DNA from: Spirochaetia bacterium
Lineage (GTDB): Bacteria; Spirochaetota; Spirochaetia; SZUA-6; Bin103
NCBI GenBank assembly: GCA_965198005.1
Contig: CBDAOI010000004.1
Coordinates: 992,001-1,056,000 of the forward strand
Length of the DNA: 64,000 nt
Direction of reading: 5' to 3'
Shown here: piece by piece, positions 62,827-64,000 of the stretch
Layout of the letters: each line of letters begins with the position of its first letter
Position numbering within the stretch: position 1 is the stretch's first letter
The notes under the pieces: generated by a model
What the model was told of the DNA's origin: nothing
The model's input: only the letters and a program-made list of their open reading frames with translations
The model's database searches: none
Translations under genes and position numbers: made by a program

Positions 62827-62912
62827 GGTCGTGACGGATGTCCGCGATCAGCGGCCGCAGGCGGCACACGATATACAGATCGGAGCGTCCGAACCTAAAC
62901 TGGTGGCGATGA
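62827..62912. repeat. ~85-bp copy of an internal Nudix gene segment (60855-60940)
   Basis: Three mismatches by manual alignment. Confidence 0.9.
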
Positions 62913-64000
62913 ATTCCGCCAACTCCGAACCCGAGGTGCTGGTCATCGGCGGCGGCGTGATCGGGATCTGCACCGCCTACTACCTCGCCCTGGGCGGGGC
63001 CGCGGTCACGGTGCTGGAGGAGCATGAGGTCGGCGGACCGCTGGCCGCCTCGTACGGCAACATCGGGCTGCTGACGCCGAGCCATTCCGAGCCGGTGGCG
63101 GCGCCCCACGTGATCGCGCAGGGTTTGCGCTGGCTGCTCGACCCGGACAGCCCGCTGTACGTCAAGCCGCGCTGGGACGCGGAGCTGGCGCGCTGGCTGC
63201 TGGCGTTTCGCGCCGCCTGCAGCCCGGCCCGCTGCGCGGCGGCGGAAGCGGAGCTGCTGCGCTGGCACCAGGTCTCTCTCGACCTGTACGCCGAGCTGTG
63301 CCCGCACCTGCCGCCGGAGGTGGACTTCGAGCGCACGGGCGGCGTGTACCTGTTTCGCGCGCAGCGCGACTGGGCGGAGGCGCTGCCGCGCTTCCACCGC
63401 GAGCGCCAGGGAGGCATGCGGATCGACCTCGCGGACACGCCCGAACAGGTGCGCGTGCTGGCCCCCGCGGCACTCCCGGCGGTGATCGGCGCCGCGCACT
63501 ATCACGACGACGGCCGCGTCATTCCCGACCTCTTCGTGAAGGCGCTGGCCGCGGCGGCGGCGGCCGAGGGGGCGCGGATCCACGAGCGGGTCACGGTGTT
63601 CGGGCTGGAACGGAGCGGAGCGGCGATTACCGCGGTGGCCACCAGCCGGGGCACGCTGCGGCCGCGCACGGTGGTGCTGGCCGCCGGCTTTCTCAGCCCG
63701 GGATTGGCGCGTGACGCCGGGCTGCGCCTTCCGATCCAGCCGGCCAAGGGCTACAGCATCACGGCCAAACGGACCGCCGAGTGTCCGAAGATCCCGCTGC
63801 ACCTGCACGAGGACCGGGTGGTGATCACACCGCTGGGCCCCGACCGGATGCGCATCGGCGGCACGTTGGAGCTGGCCGGCAACGACCGCAGCGTCAACCG
63901 GCGGCGGGTGGCGGCCCTGCAGCGCGCGCTCGCCCGCTACCTCTCCGGGATGGAGGAGCTGGAGCCGTTGGAGATCTGGCGCGGCATGCGGCCGCTGTCG
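62909..64000 (+). CDS. FAD-dependent D-amino-acid dehydrogenase (DadA-like), runs off the window
   Basis: VLVIGGGVIG, ASYGNIG, KGYS, GGTLEL, WRGMRP; manual translation. Confidence 0.9.
   Translation, partial: MNSANSEPEVLVIGGGVIGICTAYYLALGGAAVTVLEEHEVGGPLAASYGNIGLLTPSHSEPVAAPHVIAQGLRWLLDPDSPLYVKPRWDAELARWLLAFRAACSPARCAAAEAELLRWHQVSLDLYAELCPHLPPEVDFERTGGVYLFRAQRDWAEALPRFHRERQGGMRIDLADTPEQVRVLAPAALPAVIGAAHYHDDGRVIPDLFVKALAAAAAAEGARIHERVTVFGLERSGAAITAVATSRGTLRPRTVVLAAGFLSPGLARDAGLRLPIQPAKGYSITAKRTAECPKIPLHLHEDRVVITPLGPDRMRIGGTLELAGNDRSVNRRRVAALQRALARYLSGMEELEPLEIWRGMRPLS

Noticed and set aside
36170-62912. Diversity-generating retroelement or retron (RT plus short duplicated segments)
   Set aside because: The RT has group II intron motifs and leader. 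Mismatches in the Nudix duplicate are not adenine-specific on one strand, and no accessory gene or msr/msd was seen.

Overview
GC-rich bacterial accessory region. The AAGAEE/AAGGEE-type binding-protein N-termini hint at a spirochaete-like, possibly host-associated organism, but that is inference only. The left 13 kb holds a two-partner secretion pair: TpsB plus a giant CdiA/FHA-like exoprotein that runs off the window. That exoprotein contains about five 1.29-kb tandem modules, a Cys-looped terminal module and a 6x28-aa acidic helical repeat. 13-31 kb is a mosaic hotspot: a cytochrome P450, a low-GC ABC-ATPase/TOPRIM-like pair bounded by an 11-bp direct repeat, an astacin-protease/lipoprotein/helical-protein cluster of unknown function, a collapsed BREX remnant, an S8 protease with a C-terminal barrel and a TauD-family dioxygenase. 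31-51 kb is a ~19-kb block between ~820-bp direct repeats. It carries two ATPase-less peptide ABC cassettes, a truncated group II intron, an IS66 remnant, an intact IS3, a Phd/VapC TA pair and a RIT (recombinase-in-trio) element with perfect 60-bp terminal inverted repeats. 51-64 kb holds Uma2, a third ABC cassette and remnants of a fourth, a phosphodiesterase, a lipoprotein, a PLP-dependent lyase, a Nudix hydrolase, an AAA ATPase and a D-amino-acid dehydrogenase. Many genes are internally deleted fragments. No rRNA, tRNA or CRISPR array was seen. All family calls come from motif recognition by eye, not database searches.
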